Source of the DNA: Clostridia bacterium
GTDB lineage: Bacteria > Bacillota > Clostridia > UMGS1840
Reading direction: 5' to 3'
Assembly: GCA_045638525.1 (NCBI GenBank)
Contig: JAZUBQ010000005.1
Span: 76,989 to 140,988, forward strand
Length of the DNA stretch: 64,000 nt
A program made the translations under genes and the position numbers. This document shows positions 49,049-57,271 of the stretch, piece by piece. The notes beneath the pieces are model-generated. The model made no database searches. It worked only from the letters and a program-made list of their open reading frames with translations, and had not been told where the DNA came from. The stretch's first letter is position 1. Every line of letters starts with the position of its first letter.

Positions 49049-51027
49049 ATCGCATCCACCTCCGCAATAATTTGTCTGTTAGAGAAGCCCTGCAGGTCCA
49101 TAGCACCGGAAGGACAGGTAACGGTACAAGCACCACATCCCTGACACAGTGCGCTGTTAACCTGAGCCAGTCTTCTCACTTCACGGATACCGTGATCGTT
49201 TACTTCTTTATCTTCATAGGTAATTGCTCCGTAGGGACAAACATTTGCACACTGAGAGCAACCGTTACAAAGCAGTTCATCGGGTTTTGCAGTACAGGGG
49301 TTGGTAGTCAGTTTATCTTTTGCCAACAAGCCAATCGCTTTTACTGCTGCTGCACCTGCCTGAGCTACCGTTTCGGGAATATCTTTGGGACCCTGACATA
49401 TGCCGGACAGGAATACACCCGCTGTGGGAGATTCCACAGGACGCAGCTTGGGATGTGCTTCGGTTAAGAAGTTATTGGTATCAATACTTGCAGTCAACAT
49501 AGTTGCAATTTTACGAACACCTGCTTCCGGTTCGATTGCAGTTGCCAATACAACCATATCTGCTTCTTTTAAGATCTGTTTGTTATCTAATAAGTCAGAA
49601 CCCTGAACCAACAATTTACCGTTGGGCAGCGGAGCAACTTTACCAACCTGACCTTTTACATAATTTACGCCATATTCTTCCACGGCACGTCTGTAGAATT
49701 CATCAAAGTTCTTACCGGGAGTACGAACGTCGATATAGAACACGGTTACGTTTACATCCGGATATTTATCACGAATCAGCATCGCGTGTTTTGCAGTATA
49801 CATACAACAGATTTTAGAACAGTAGCTTTTACCTCTGTTATCAGAGCAACGGCTACCAACACACTGGATGAATACCATTTCTTTCGGAGCTTTTCCATCA
49901 GATAAACGTTCCAAATGACCTTTGGTAGGACCAGCAGCGTTCATAATACGTTCTAACTCTAAAGAAGTAATAACGTCTTTGCTCTGGTTATATGCATATT
50001 CATCGTAGTTATCTAATTTAATGGTATCAAAACCGGTAGCAACTACGATTGCACCGTATTTTTCGGTTATAATTTCATCCTGCTGGTTGTAATCAATCGC
50101 ACCTGCCTGACAAACTTTTTCACAAACACCGCATTTACCGGTTTTAAACTTGGTACAAGCTTCACGGTCAATTACAGGTACATTGGGAATTGCCTGTGCA
50201 AACGGAGTGTAAATAGCACTTCTGGTATTTAATCCTCTGTTAAATTCGTTTAAGGATTTTTTAGAAGGACATTTTTCCTGACAAACGCCACAACCGGTAC
50301 ATTTATCACTGTTAACACTTCTTGCTTTTTTACGGATATCTACGGTAAAGTCACCAACGAAACCGGTAACTTTGTCTACTTCGGAATAAGTATAGATATT
50401 AATTTTTTCATGTGCAGCTGCTTCTACCATTTTGGGAGTTAAGATACAAGCAGAACAGTCCAATGTGGGGAATGTTTTGTCAAGCTGAGACATTCTTCCA
50501 CCAATGGAAGGAGTTTTTTCTACGATATCTACTTCATATCCTGCATCTGCAATATCAATTGCAGTTTGGATTCCTGCGATACCGCCGCCGATTACCAACG
50601 CACGTTTGGTAACACGGCTTTCCCCTGCCTGTAAGGGAGTGTTTAAGTTAACTTTTGCTACAGCAGCTCTTGCTAAAATAACTGCTTTCTCAGTAGCTTC
50701 TTCCATATCCTTATGAATCCAGGAGCAATGCTCACGAATGTTGGCGATTTCCACCATATAAGGATTGAGTCCTGCACGTTCAGCAGCTTTTCTGAAGGTT
50801 GCTTCGTGCATACGGGGAGAACAAGAACAAACAACAACACCGGTCAGGTTCTTTTCTTTTACCGCTTCCAAAATTTTCATCTGCCCTGCTTCAGAACACA
50901 TGTAAGGATAATCCTCAGCGTGAACAACGCCGGGTTCATTTTTAATAATTTCAACAACTTTTTCTACATTTACCGTTGCGGCGATATTGGAACCGCAATG
51001 ACAAACAAAAACACCGATTCTTTGCAT
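49039..51027 (-). CDS. hdrA: Heterodisulfide reductase subunit A-like flavoprotein (HdrA)
   Basis: N-terminal CHCGSNI. FAD motif LVIGGGIAGIQTA. Ferredoxin motifs CTGCGVCQEKCP, CGVCEKVC, CNGCSQCANVCP and CQGCGACTVTCP. Start at ATG 51027 after AGGTAGGTGA, or GTG 51036. Confidence 0.9.
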   Translation of the reverse strand: MQRIGVFVCHCGSNIAATVNVEKVVEIIKNEPGVVHAEDYPYMCSEAGQMKILEAVKEKNLTGVVVCSCSPRMHEATFRKAAERAGLNPYMVEIANIREHCSWIHKDMEEATEKAVILARAAVAKVNLNTPLQAGESRVTKRALVIGGGIAGIQTAIDIADAGYEVDIVEKTPSIGGRMSQLDKTFPTLDCSACILTPKMVEAAAHEKINIYTYSEVDKVTGFVGDFTVDIRKKARSVNSDKCTGCGVCQEKCPSKKSLNEFNRGLNTRSAIYTPFAQAIPNVPVIDREACTKFKTGKCGVCEKVCQAGAIDYNQQDEIITEKYGAIVVATGFDTIKLDNYDEYAYNQSKDVITSLELERIMNAAGPTKGHLERLSDGKAPKEMVFIQCVGSRCSDNRGKSYCSKICCMYTAKHAMLIRDKYPDVNVTVFYIDVRTPGKNFDEFYRRAVEEYGVNYVKGQVGKVAPLPNGKLLVQGSDLLDNKQILKEADMVVLATAIEPEAGVRKIATMLTASIDTNNFLTEAHPKLRPVESPTAGVFLSGICQGPKDIPETVAQAGAAAVKAIGLLAKDKLTTNPCTAKPDELLCNGCSQCANVCPYGAITYEDKEVNDHGIREVRRLAQVNSALCQGCGACTVTCPSGAMDLQGFSNRQIIAEVDAICR

Positions 51028-51036
51028 TCTACTCAC

Positions 51037-51423
51037 CTACCTTTTATATCTTCTGAAGGCACTTACCAGCAACTGCTGAGGAAGTTCTTCGTCTAATAAC
51101 GCGGGAATTTCGTCGGCAGATAAATAATCTCCGCCACGTTCACGAACAACCAACTGACGTGCTGCGTCAATTAATTTTCCGGGTTTAACATCTCTGGGGC
51201 AACGTTCCACACAAGCAAAGCAGGATAAACATTTCCATAAGGATTTGGATTCCGCCAAAGCTTCGATTTCACCACTCTGCACATAGGATACAAACTGATG
51301 GGGTTTGATGTCCATTTCATTGTATGACGGACAGGTTGCAGAGCATTTGCCGCATTTCATACATTTGTAAGGATTTACACCGCTGATTTCTTTGATTTTT
51401 TCAGCACGATTGTTATGACTCAC
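51037..51423 (-). CDS. hdrC: Heterodisulfide reductase subunit C-like 4Fe-4S dicluster protein (HdrC)
   Basis: 128 aa. Motifs CMKCGKCSATCP and CLSCFACVERCP. Confidence 0.85.
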   Translation of the reverse strand: MSHNNRAEKIKEISGVNPYKCMKCGKCSATCPSYNEMDIKPHQFVSYVQSGEIEALAESKSLWKCLSCFACVERCPRDVKPGKLIDAARQLVVRERGGDYLSADEIPALLDEELPQQLLVSAFRRYKR

Positions 51424-52217
51424 TACTCGCTCGCCTCCTCTTTAATTCCCAGAGCTTCTGCTAACAGCTCGGTGAAATAGTAAACAGGTAACTCTGTCTG
51501 GGAAGATTTATTTAAGTTATACATACAAAGCGGACAAGCGGTAATGAGACAATCTGCCATAAAACCTTTTGCGCTTTCTTTAATAGTATCGCACATATTT
51601 TTTGCCATTTCTTTTTCTTTTAAAGAAATGTATCCGCCGCAACATTCGTTACGGTAGGGATAAATAACAGGCTCAGCGCCAAGTGCACGAATAAAGTCTT
51701 CCATAATTTTCGGATTTTCGGGATTATCAAATGCCATAACGCTTCCGGGACGGAGCAACAAACATCCATAATATGCACCGATTTTTCTACCGGTTAAAGG
51801 ATTGGTTACTTTTTCTTTCAAAGCATCAAATCCGATTTTATCACGAAGAACTTCCAGATAATGAAGCACAGTTGTTTCACCAGCGTATGGTTCATCGAGC
51901 TTCATATAATTGTTGGCACGGTTTCTGATGTCATCCACATTTGCCATATCGTCATTCACGCGTTTTAACACATGATGACAAGCGGAACAAACGGTTACCA
52001 GATCCTGCCCTTTTTCTTTTGCATCATTTAATGCACGAACAGAGGACAATTTGGTTGCGATTTCATCATTGCCTAACGGATAAACACCGCCGCAACATTG
52101 CCAATCTTCAATTTCTTCCAGAGTGAAGCCAAGAGCTTCGGCACACTTTCTGGCATAATCGTCCAGAGTTTTTGCCTTGTTTTTTAAGGTACATCCGGGA
52201 TAGTAACTATACTTCAT
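51423..52217 (-). CDS. hdrB: Heterodisulfide reductase subunit B-like protein (two CCG domains, HdrB)
   Basis: 264 aa. Two CCG motifs: YYPGCT...WQCCGG and YYGCLL...NECCGG...ACPLC. Confidence 0.88.
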   Translation of the reverse strand: MKYSYYPGCTLKNKAKTLDDYARKCAEALGFTLEEIEDWQCCGGVYPLGNDEIATKLSSVRALNDAKEKGQDLVTVCSACHHVLKRVNDDMANVDDIRNRANNYMKLDEPYAGETTVLHYLEVLRDKIGFDALKEKVTNPLTGRKIGAYYGCLLLRPGSVMAFDNPENPKIMEDFIRALGAEPVIYPYRNECCGGYISLKEKEMAKNMCDTIKESAKGFMADCLITACPLCMYNLNKSSQTELPVYYFTELLAEALGIKEEASE

Positions 52218-52345
52218 ACTACAAGATTCCTTTCCTAACGATTGATGGGTAACAGATACTATATCTTATGCTTTTTTCATGCTTTGCTTGTTAAAAAAAT
52301 AACAATAACTGCCATATACAGCCATAATAGCATAATACAGTATCC

Positions 52346-52374
52346 ATTTTATCACATCTTATTGCAATAGACAA
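52346..52374 (-). promoter_or_regulatory. Sigma-A type promoter candidate for the hdr/flx/frd-like operon
   Basis: The minus strand reads TTGTCT (52374-52369), a 17-nt spacer, then TGaTAAAAT (-10 at 52351-52346 with an extended TG). The leader to the hdrB ATG is about 120 nt. Confidence 0.45.
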
Positions 52375-52480
52375 GCTTTTTTTTCAATTTTTTCAAATTT
52401 TTTTTATTTTTTTATATTCTGCACAATTTTTTTACAAGATTCAACAACTTTAGCAACAACATCAATAAGAAACAAACTCA

Positions 52481-52515
52481 GCAAAATACACCCCTCAAAT
52501 TATGAAGGGTGTATT
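52481..52515 (-). terminator. Intrinsic terminator after the SNF transporter gene
   Basis: AATACACCC-loop-GGGTGTATT, a 9-bp stem, followed on the minus strand by TTTTG. It lies 11 nt after the stop at 52526. Confidence 0.7.
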
Positions 52516-52525
52516 CCGTAATCTT

Positions 52526-53884
52526 TTAAATTTTTAAAACTCCAAAAGCTTCTAACAATGAAGAAAGCAAAATTAATAAAATGAAAATAGGCGCAATGTA
52601 TTTAATCATCACAACAAAGATTTTCTTGGATTTGAATTTTGCTGAGCTTTCCACTTCGTCAATGACAGCTTGGGGTTTGATGATATAACCAATGAAGATA
52701 CAGGTTAAAAGTGCAACAATAGGCATTAACACGCTGTTACTGATAAAATCAAAGAAATCAAGGAAAGACATTCCGATGATTTTCACACTATCCCATACTC
52801 CATATCCCAACGCAGAAGGAATACCTAAGACAATGGAAATAAGTAAAACAATTAAGCAAGAAATTGTTCTGTTCAACTTAAATTTATCCCCAACAATAGA
52901 TACCACAGTTTCCATCAGCGAAATAGATGAAGTCAGAGCTGCAAACAACACCAAAATAAAGAACGAAGAACCTATCATAGTTCCTGCCGGCATGGCTTCA
53001 AATACCTTCGGCAAAGTTACAAACATCAAACTGGGACCTTTTCCCAATGCTTCGGGAGTACCACCGGAAAATACAAACACTGCGGGAATAATCATTAATC
53101 CTGCAAAGAAAGCAATACCGGTGTCAAAGAGTTCGATCTGTTTTACAGAGGATTCCAGATTTACTTCTTTTTTCATATAGGAACCATAGGTAATCATAAT
53201 TCCCATTGCCAATGACATTGAATAGAACAACTGCCCCATTGCTGCTAAAACAGTAGTAATGGAAAACTTAGAGAAATCGGGCTTAACATAATAGATTAAA
53301 CCATCGATTGCACCGGGCATAAACAAAGCGTAAATCGCAATAAAAACTGAAAGAACAACCAAAACAGGCATCATAATTTTGCTGACTTTTTCGATACCCT
53401 TTTCAACGCCTAACAACACAACAACAGCTGTAACAAATAAAAACAAGGAAAACCACAAAATAGGACTGAAAGTCTGTGATATGAACGTTCCGAAATATGC
53501 ATCGGTTGCCGCCTCAGCAGCACCACCGGACAAAAATGCATATAAATATTTACTTACCCAACCGCCAATTACACAATAATACGGAAGAATAATCATTGGG
53601 ACAACAGACGCCAGATAACCAATGAAACTATACTTTTTGTTTAAAGAACGAAAAGCTCCGATTGCGCTGAGACCTGTTTTTCTTCCCAAAGAAATCTCTG
53701 CTGTCATCAGGGTAAACCCAAAAGTTACCGCCAAAATAATGTATACTAATAAAAATATGCCACCACCATATTTAGCGGCAAGATACGGAAATCTCCAGAT
53801 ATTGCCAAGTCCAACTGCAGAGCCCGCAGCCGCAAGCACAAATCCGATTTTCCCGGTAAAACTGCTTCTTGTATTATTCTCCAT
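52526..53884 (-). CDS. Sodium-dependent transporter, SNF family (second paralog)
   Basis: 452 aa. NSS signature GFVLAAAGSAVGLGNIWRFPYLAAKYGGG. About 11-12 TM segments. Confidence 0.88.
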   Translation of the reverse strand: MENNTRSSFTGKIGFVLAAAGSAVGLGNIWRFPYLAAKYGGGIFLLVYIILAVTFGFTLMTAEISLGRKTGLSAIGAFRSLNKKYSFIGYLASVVPMIILPYYCVIGGWVSKYLYAFLSGGAAEAATDAYFGTFISQTFSPILWFSLFLFVTAVVVLLGVEKGIEKVSKIMMPVLVVLSVFIAIYALFMPGAIDGLIYYVKPDFSKFSITTVLAAMGQLFYSMSLAMGIMITYGSYMKKEVNLESSVKQIELFDTGIAFFAGLMIIPAVFVFSGGTPEALGKGPSLMFVTLPKVFEAMPAGTMIGSSFFILVLFAALTSSISLMETVVSIVGDKFKLNRTISCLIVLLISIVLGIPSALGYGVWDSVKIIGMSFLDFFDFISNSVLMPIVALLTCIFIGYIIKPQAVIDEVESSAKFKSKKIFVVMIKYIAPIFILLILLSSLLEAFGVLKI

Positions 53885-54018
53885 ATCGTATCCTCCACTG
53901 AAACAATATACATTTCAGAATATTATACACTATTCGACGCTTTTTGTCAAGATTTTGTTTTTTTAACATAGCACAATTAAATGAAATTCTCATATATTAA
54001 AATCGGGAGGTGAATATT

Positions 54019-54426
54019 ATGTTAAACTGTAACTGTAAATGGACCTGTGTTGGTCTCGCGATTATTGCCAGTGTCATCATCGGAATTGTGACTGCTATGC
54101 TTCGCATTACCGCAGTCATCACGGTAACCCCTGCATTTTTATGGGTTTTATTCGGAATTGCAGTAGTTTACCTCGCTGTTATTTTATTATCAGCAACTTT
54201 GCTTCATGATCCCGGACGAAGAGATTGTATTTGTTTCAATCTCCCCACCGTTCTAACCGGAATTTTAGGAACGGTTTTAACCTCAGTGATTCTTTTGGCA
54301 ATCACTTTTGCGGCAACCAGCGTCATTGGTGCAATCATTACAGGCGCATTACTGTTCTTCTTTTCTTTAATTATTACCGCAACGACCTGTCTGGTAAAAT
54401 GCATTGCCGGCTGTCAAAACGACTGA
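54019..54426 (+). CDS. Small Cys-rich 4-TM membrane protein of unknown function
   Basis: GGGAGG RBS 8 nt before ATG 54019. 135 aa with four hydrophobic helices. Cys clusters at the N-terminus (CNCKWTC), the central loop (RRDCICF) and the C-terminus (TTCLVKCIAGC). A strong terminator follows. Confidence 0.55.
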   Translation: MLNCNCKWTCVGLAIIASVIIGIVTAMLRITAVITVTPAFLWVLFGIAVVYLAVILLSATLLHDPGRRDCICFNLPTVLTGILGTVLTSVILLAITFAATSVIGAIITGALLFFFSLIITATTCLVKCIAGCQND

Positions 54427-54433
54427 TATCACT

Positions 54434-54472
54434 AAAAAAATAGAAGCATTCATTTGAATGCTTCTATTTTTT
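54434..54472 (+). terminator. Intrinsic terminator after the Cys-rich membrane protein gene
   Basis: AAAAAAA-TAGAAGCATT-CATTTG-AATGCTTCTA-TTTTTT. Confidence 0.85.
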
Positions 54473-54497
54473 AAAAAACAATGCTTTTACATCTTTG

Positions 54498-55275
54498 TTA
54501 TTTATTCACAACAATGCTTTTTGTTTTAAAACCATAGTACGAAACACTACCGTCAGTTGTGAACAGTATTTTCACAGTATTGCCGGGGATATTAAGGGTA
54601 ACTCCTGCAAGCTGCGCACCGGAATATACCCCTATCAATGTATCGGTTGCATCATAAACGATAATTTTATCATATCCGAATTCCGTATATGTATCCTCTG
54701 TAAATGTGACGTCTATACTTACGCAGTCGCCATCATATGTGTATAAATAGGTTTCAGATGAAGAATCATTATACGGATGTGCCGATTCCAAAATCTCAGT
54801 TATAAAATCTACTTCTGTTACATTGCTTTCAAATGATACTGCGATGGGCTTTATTGTTCCTAATCCATTCCAGAACATCACCTTCACATTGTAATCCAAA
54901 TAATTTTCGTCAGCTTCAAGTCTAACTGTTTTTTGAAAATCATTCAAGCTAACCGGCTCATTGGTAAAACTTACAAGTTTTCCGTCAGTGTTGCAAACTG
55001 CAACTATAAGCACACCTTCTTCAAATATATATTCAAAATTCACCTGAGTTGTCAGCACCTTACTGTCATACCAGGGAACATATTGACCTGGGGACATTCT
55101 ATAATTATACACCCCCTGTACCGCTTATTGTCAGTGTACCGACATCATCCAAATTTCAGAAAACATTTCCCCCGCAGGTTCCGCTTGTTTGTGCCGATGC
55201 ACTTATCGGCGAAATCAGCATGACAGTCATTAGCATCAACGCCGCGATTGTTAAACTAAAGATTCTTTTTGCCAT
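54498..55275 (-). pseudogene. Disrupted secreted surface-protein gene: signal peptide + CG..W.LDD.GTLTISGTG N-terminal motif + conserved beta-module + CUB-like domain
   Basis: GGAGGA RBS, then ATG 55275 MAKRIFSLTIAALMLMTVMLISPISASAQTSGTCGGNVF. An in-frame TGA follows (55158-55156), then NLDDVGTLTISGTGGV and TAA. The 204-aa ORF (55112..54498) continues in another frame from a G5 run (55116-55112). Removing one G restores ...TISGTGVYNYRMSPGQYVPWY. Confidence 0.75.
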
Positions 55276-55437
55276 TTTTTCAGTTCCTCCTCTATGATGT
55301 TAAGCTTCTATAAAGGAACAGAACAGCAGTTTGCTGTTCTGTTGCTGTTATGCAATCTTTTTGCATAAAGTATGAAAGTGAATTGGATTAACTTACTATG
55401 TACGAAGTCCAATTCACTGAGAATGCCGTACATTTCT

Positions 55438-55466
55438 ATTTTACCATATGTAGACAAATAGTTCAA
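55438..55466 (-). promoter_or_regulatory. Sigma-A type promoter candidate upstream of the disrupted surface-protein gene
   Basis: The minus strand reads TTGAAC (55466-55461), a 17-nt spacer, then TGgTAAAAT (-10 at 55443-55438). The structured leader is about 155 nt. Confidence 0.4.
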
Positions 55467-55552
55467 TAGTTTTCAAAGAAAAATGAAGAAAATATCTTAT
55501 CGTGCTTTTATAAGTGATTAAATACTCGATCAAAATACGATCTTTGATGCTG

Positions 55553-56548
55553 TTACTTTCCGCACGCTTTTAGTATAGTTTTATATAACTGAAGTTCATA
55601 ATCATAATCCCATTGATTTTCTTTTTCTCCTCGAACCATTGCACCAAAGTTTCTCATCATAACATCATAACGTTTAAAGCTTGGACTTTGCTCTTTGGTA
55701 GATGCAATATGCCAATTTTCACTGTCATATACAGATTTCGATGTAATATTATCTTCCGAATCATTATTCCATTCCAAAGGTTTTAATTCAACTGTTTTCT
55801 TTGTGCCCGAAACAACCACTTGCCTTCTTTCAAAACCGCCCACTTCCACAGCCGAAGTTTTAGCAAACGATATCCCGTTTTTATATTCAAACACAGCCAT
55901 TCCGAAATCTTTTGCAGTGACACCATCAATACCCGAACACTTATTTAACGGAATGATTTTTTCAGGTTGCCCCTGAATGGAAAGTATCAAATCCACTAAA
56001 TGACATCCTAAGAAAAACATCATTCCACCCGGAAAATTACCCAACCAATCACGCACATTTTTAGGGTGAACACAGTTCATTTGTGCCTCAACACTGATAA
56101 TATCACCCAACTCACCATTTTTTATCTGTTTTTTCAGCTCAATAATACACGGATTGAAGCGATACATATACCCTATCTGAAAAACTGTTTGATTTCGTTT
56201 TACAATCTCAATCAGCTCTTCAAAATCAGAAAGTTCGGTACCTCCCGGTTTTTCCATATGGATATGTTTGTTATGTTCGACTGCCATTTTTGCATATTTC
56301 GTAAGATATACTTCTTCCGTTTCAATCGCTACTGCCTCAATTTCCGGATTGTTTAAGATTTCTTCTACAGTAAGCTCCGGGTATCCTTTGAATATCTCCA
56401 ACCGTTCCGGAAACTTTTCTTTTTCATTTTCAGGCATCGCATATCCACAAATTTCAAACATATCACTTAGTTTGGTTAAAGTTTTAAAAATCTCGCTTCC
56501 ATGACTATTTTTACTTGTCCCTATCTGTGCTATTTTAATTTTTTTCAT
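55553..56548 (-). CDS. Gfo/Idh/MocA family oxidoreductase (second paralog)
   Basis: Rossmann N-terminus MKKIKIAQIGTSKNSHG. EKP motif (MEKPGG). Start at ATG 56548 after GAAAGGAA. The ORF-track start at 56602 adds 18 unlikely residues. Confidence 0.8.
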   Translation of the reverse strand: MKKIKIAQIGTSKNSHGSEIFKTLTKLSDMFEICGYAMPENEKEKFPERLEIFKGYPELTVEEILNNPEIEAVAIETEEVYLTKYAKMAVEHNKHIHMEKPGGTELSDFEELIEIVKRNQTVFQIGYMYRFNPCIIELKKQIKNGELGDIISVEAQMNCVHPKNVRDWLGNFPGGMMFFLGCHLVDLILSIQGQPEKIIPLNKCSGIDGVTAKDFGMAVFEYKNGISFAKTSAVEVGGFERRQVVVSGTKKTVELKPLEWNNDSEDNITSKSVYDSENWHIASTKEQSPSFKRYDVMMRNFGAMVRGEKENQWDYDYELQLYKTILKACGK

Positions 56549-56786
56549 ATTGTTAACCATTCCTTTCACAAAATCACCAAACAGTATAAAATCATTAGGC
56601 ATTGCTGTAGATTACTACATAAACCAATACATGTTAGATTATATCTCGCTATGTCATTTTATTAAAGTGCCCGGATTCTCTTTTTTGTTTTATATTCTCA
56701 TTTTCAGAAGAAAACGCCTGGCAAATCTGGTAAAGATGTTACATATAAACTTCTTTGATTCTTTCACAAAATATTCGAAGAACAGA

Positions 56787-56972
56787 AGAAAAACAAAAAG
56801 CAAGTCATTCTAAAAATGACTTGCTTAATGGTGGCGGAGAAGTAAAGACTTTACTTAATACTCCGTTTTTTAATCACTCAAACCCTTGTAAAATGCACGA
56901 TTTAGTTTGATTGTAATTTCCTTCGTAACGTAAGAATTTATTTATATTCAGCTTATTTTCAATATTTCCTAT
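56787..56972 (-). ncRNA. Candidate small RNA (about 185 nt) delimited by a consensus promoter and an intrinsic terminator
   Basis: The promoter at 57007-56979 points leftward. No ATG-initiated ORF lies in the transcript. The 3' end carries two hairpins: CGGAG...CTCCG at 56865-56835 and AAGCAAGTCATT/AATGACTTGCTT at 56826-56798. TTTTTGTTTTT follows. A CU-rich single-stranded stretch, CTCCGCCACC, lies between the hairpins. Confidence 0.3.
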
Positions 56973-56978
56973 GTGTTT

Positions 56979-57007
56979 ATTATATCATAATGTGGAAGCA
57001 AAATCAA
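56979..57007 (-). promoter_or_regulatory. Near-consensus sigma-A promoter inside the ORF-free gap (leftward)
   Basis: The minus strand reads TTGATT (57007-57002), a 17-nt spacer, then TATAAT (56984-56979). Confidence 0.45.
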
Positions 57008-57236
57008 TTGTTTTGATGAAATTCATTAAGGGTAATTTGGATTAGGTTTGAAAGTAATCTTAGTTGTTGATTAAAACGGTCACAAACGCACTTAAAACGA
57101 CCTGTATCGCATTTTATTTCAATCAAGGTTAATTTGCCTTCCGAAGATTAACAGTGGTCGAAAAAAGCATTTTTTCTCAAATACAGAACTCTATTATTTA
57201 TATTGTGTATCGTGAGTAAATGCGATAAAAAAATAG

Positions 57237-57265
57237 CTGACAAATGCTAAAATATGCGGTATAAT
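57237..57265 (+). promoter_or_regulatory. Near-consensus sigma-A promoter inside the ORF-free gap (rightward)
   Basis: CTGACA (57237-57242), a 17-nt spacer, then TATAAT (57260-57265). Confidence 0.45.
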
Positions 57266-57271
57266 AACATC

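Noticed and set aside
48608-51036. Selenocysteine-containing HdrA/MvhD, as occurs in some anaerobes.
   Set aside because: Both ORFs are uninterrupted, with Cys at the relevant motif positions. There is no in-frame TGA.
55156-55158. In-frame TGA at a conserved Trp position could indicate TGA=Trp recoding (genetic code 4) or selenocysteine.
   Set aside because: TGA clearly functions as a stop elsewhere in the window (for example hydF at 154-156 and truB at 21769-21771). No SECIS-like context is evident. The same gene also carries a frameshift, so a nonsense mutation in a decaying gene is the simpler reading.
56550-56813. 87-aa plus-strand ORF (or its 60-aa ATG-56631 version, with a hydrophobic stretch and a basic tail) as a small membrane protein or toxin.
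   Set aside because: It starts inside the oxidoreductase gene on the opposite strand, has no RBS at either start, and its composition looks like translated AT-rich spacer. It is kept only as a remote possibility within the gap finding.
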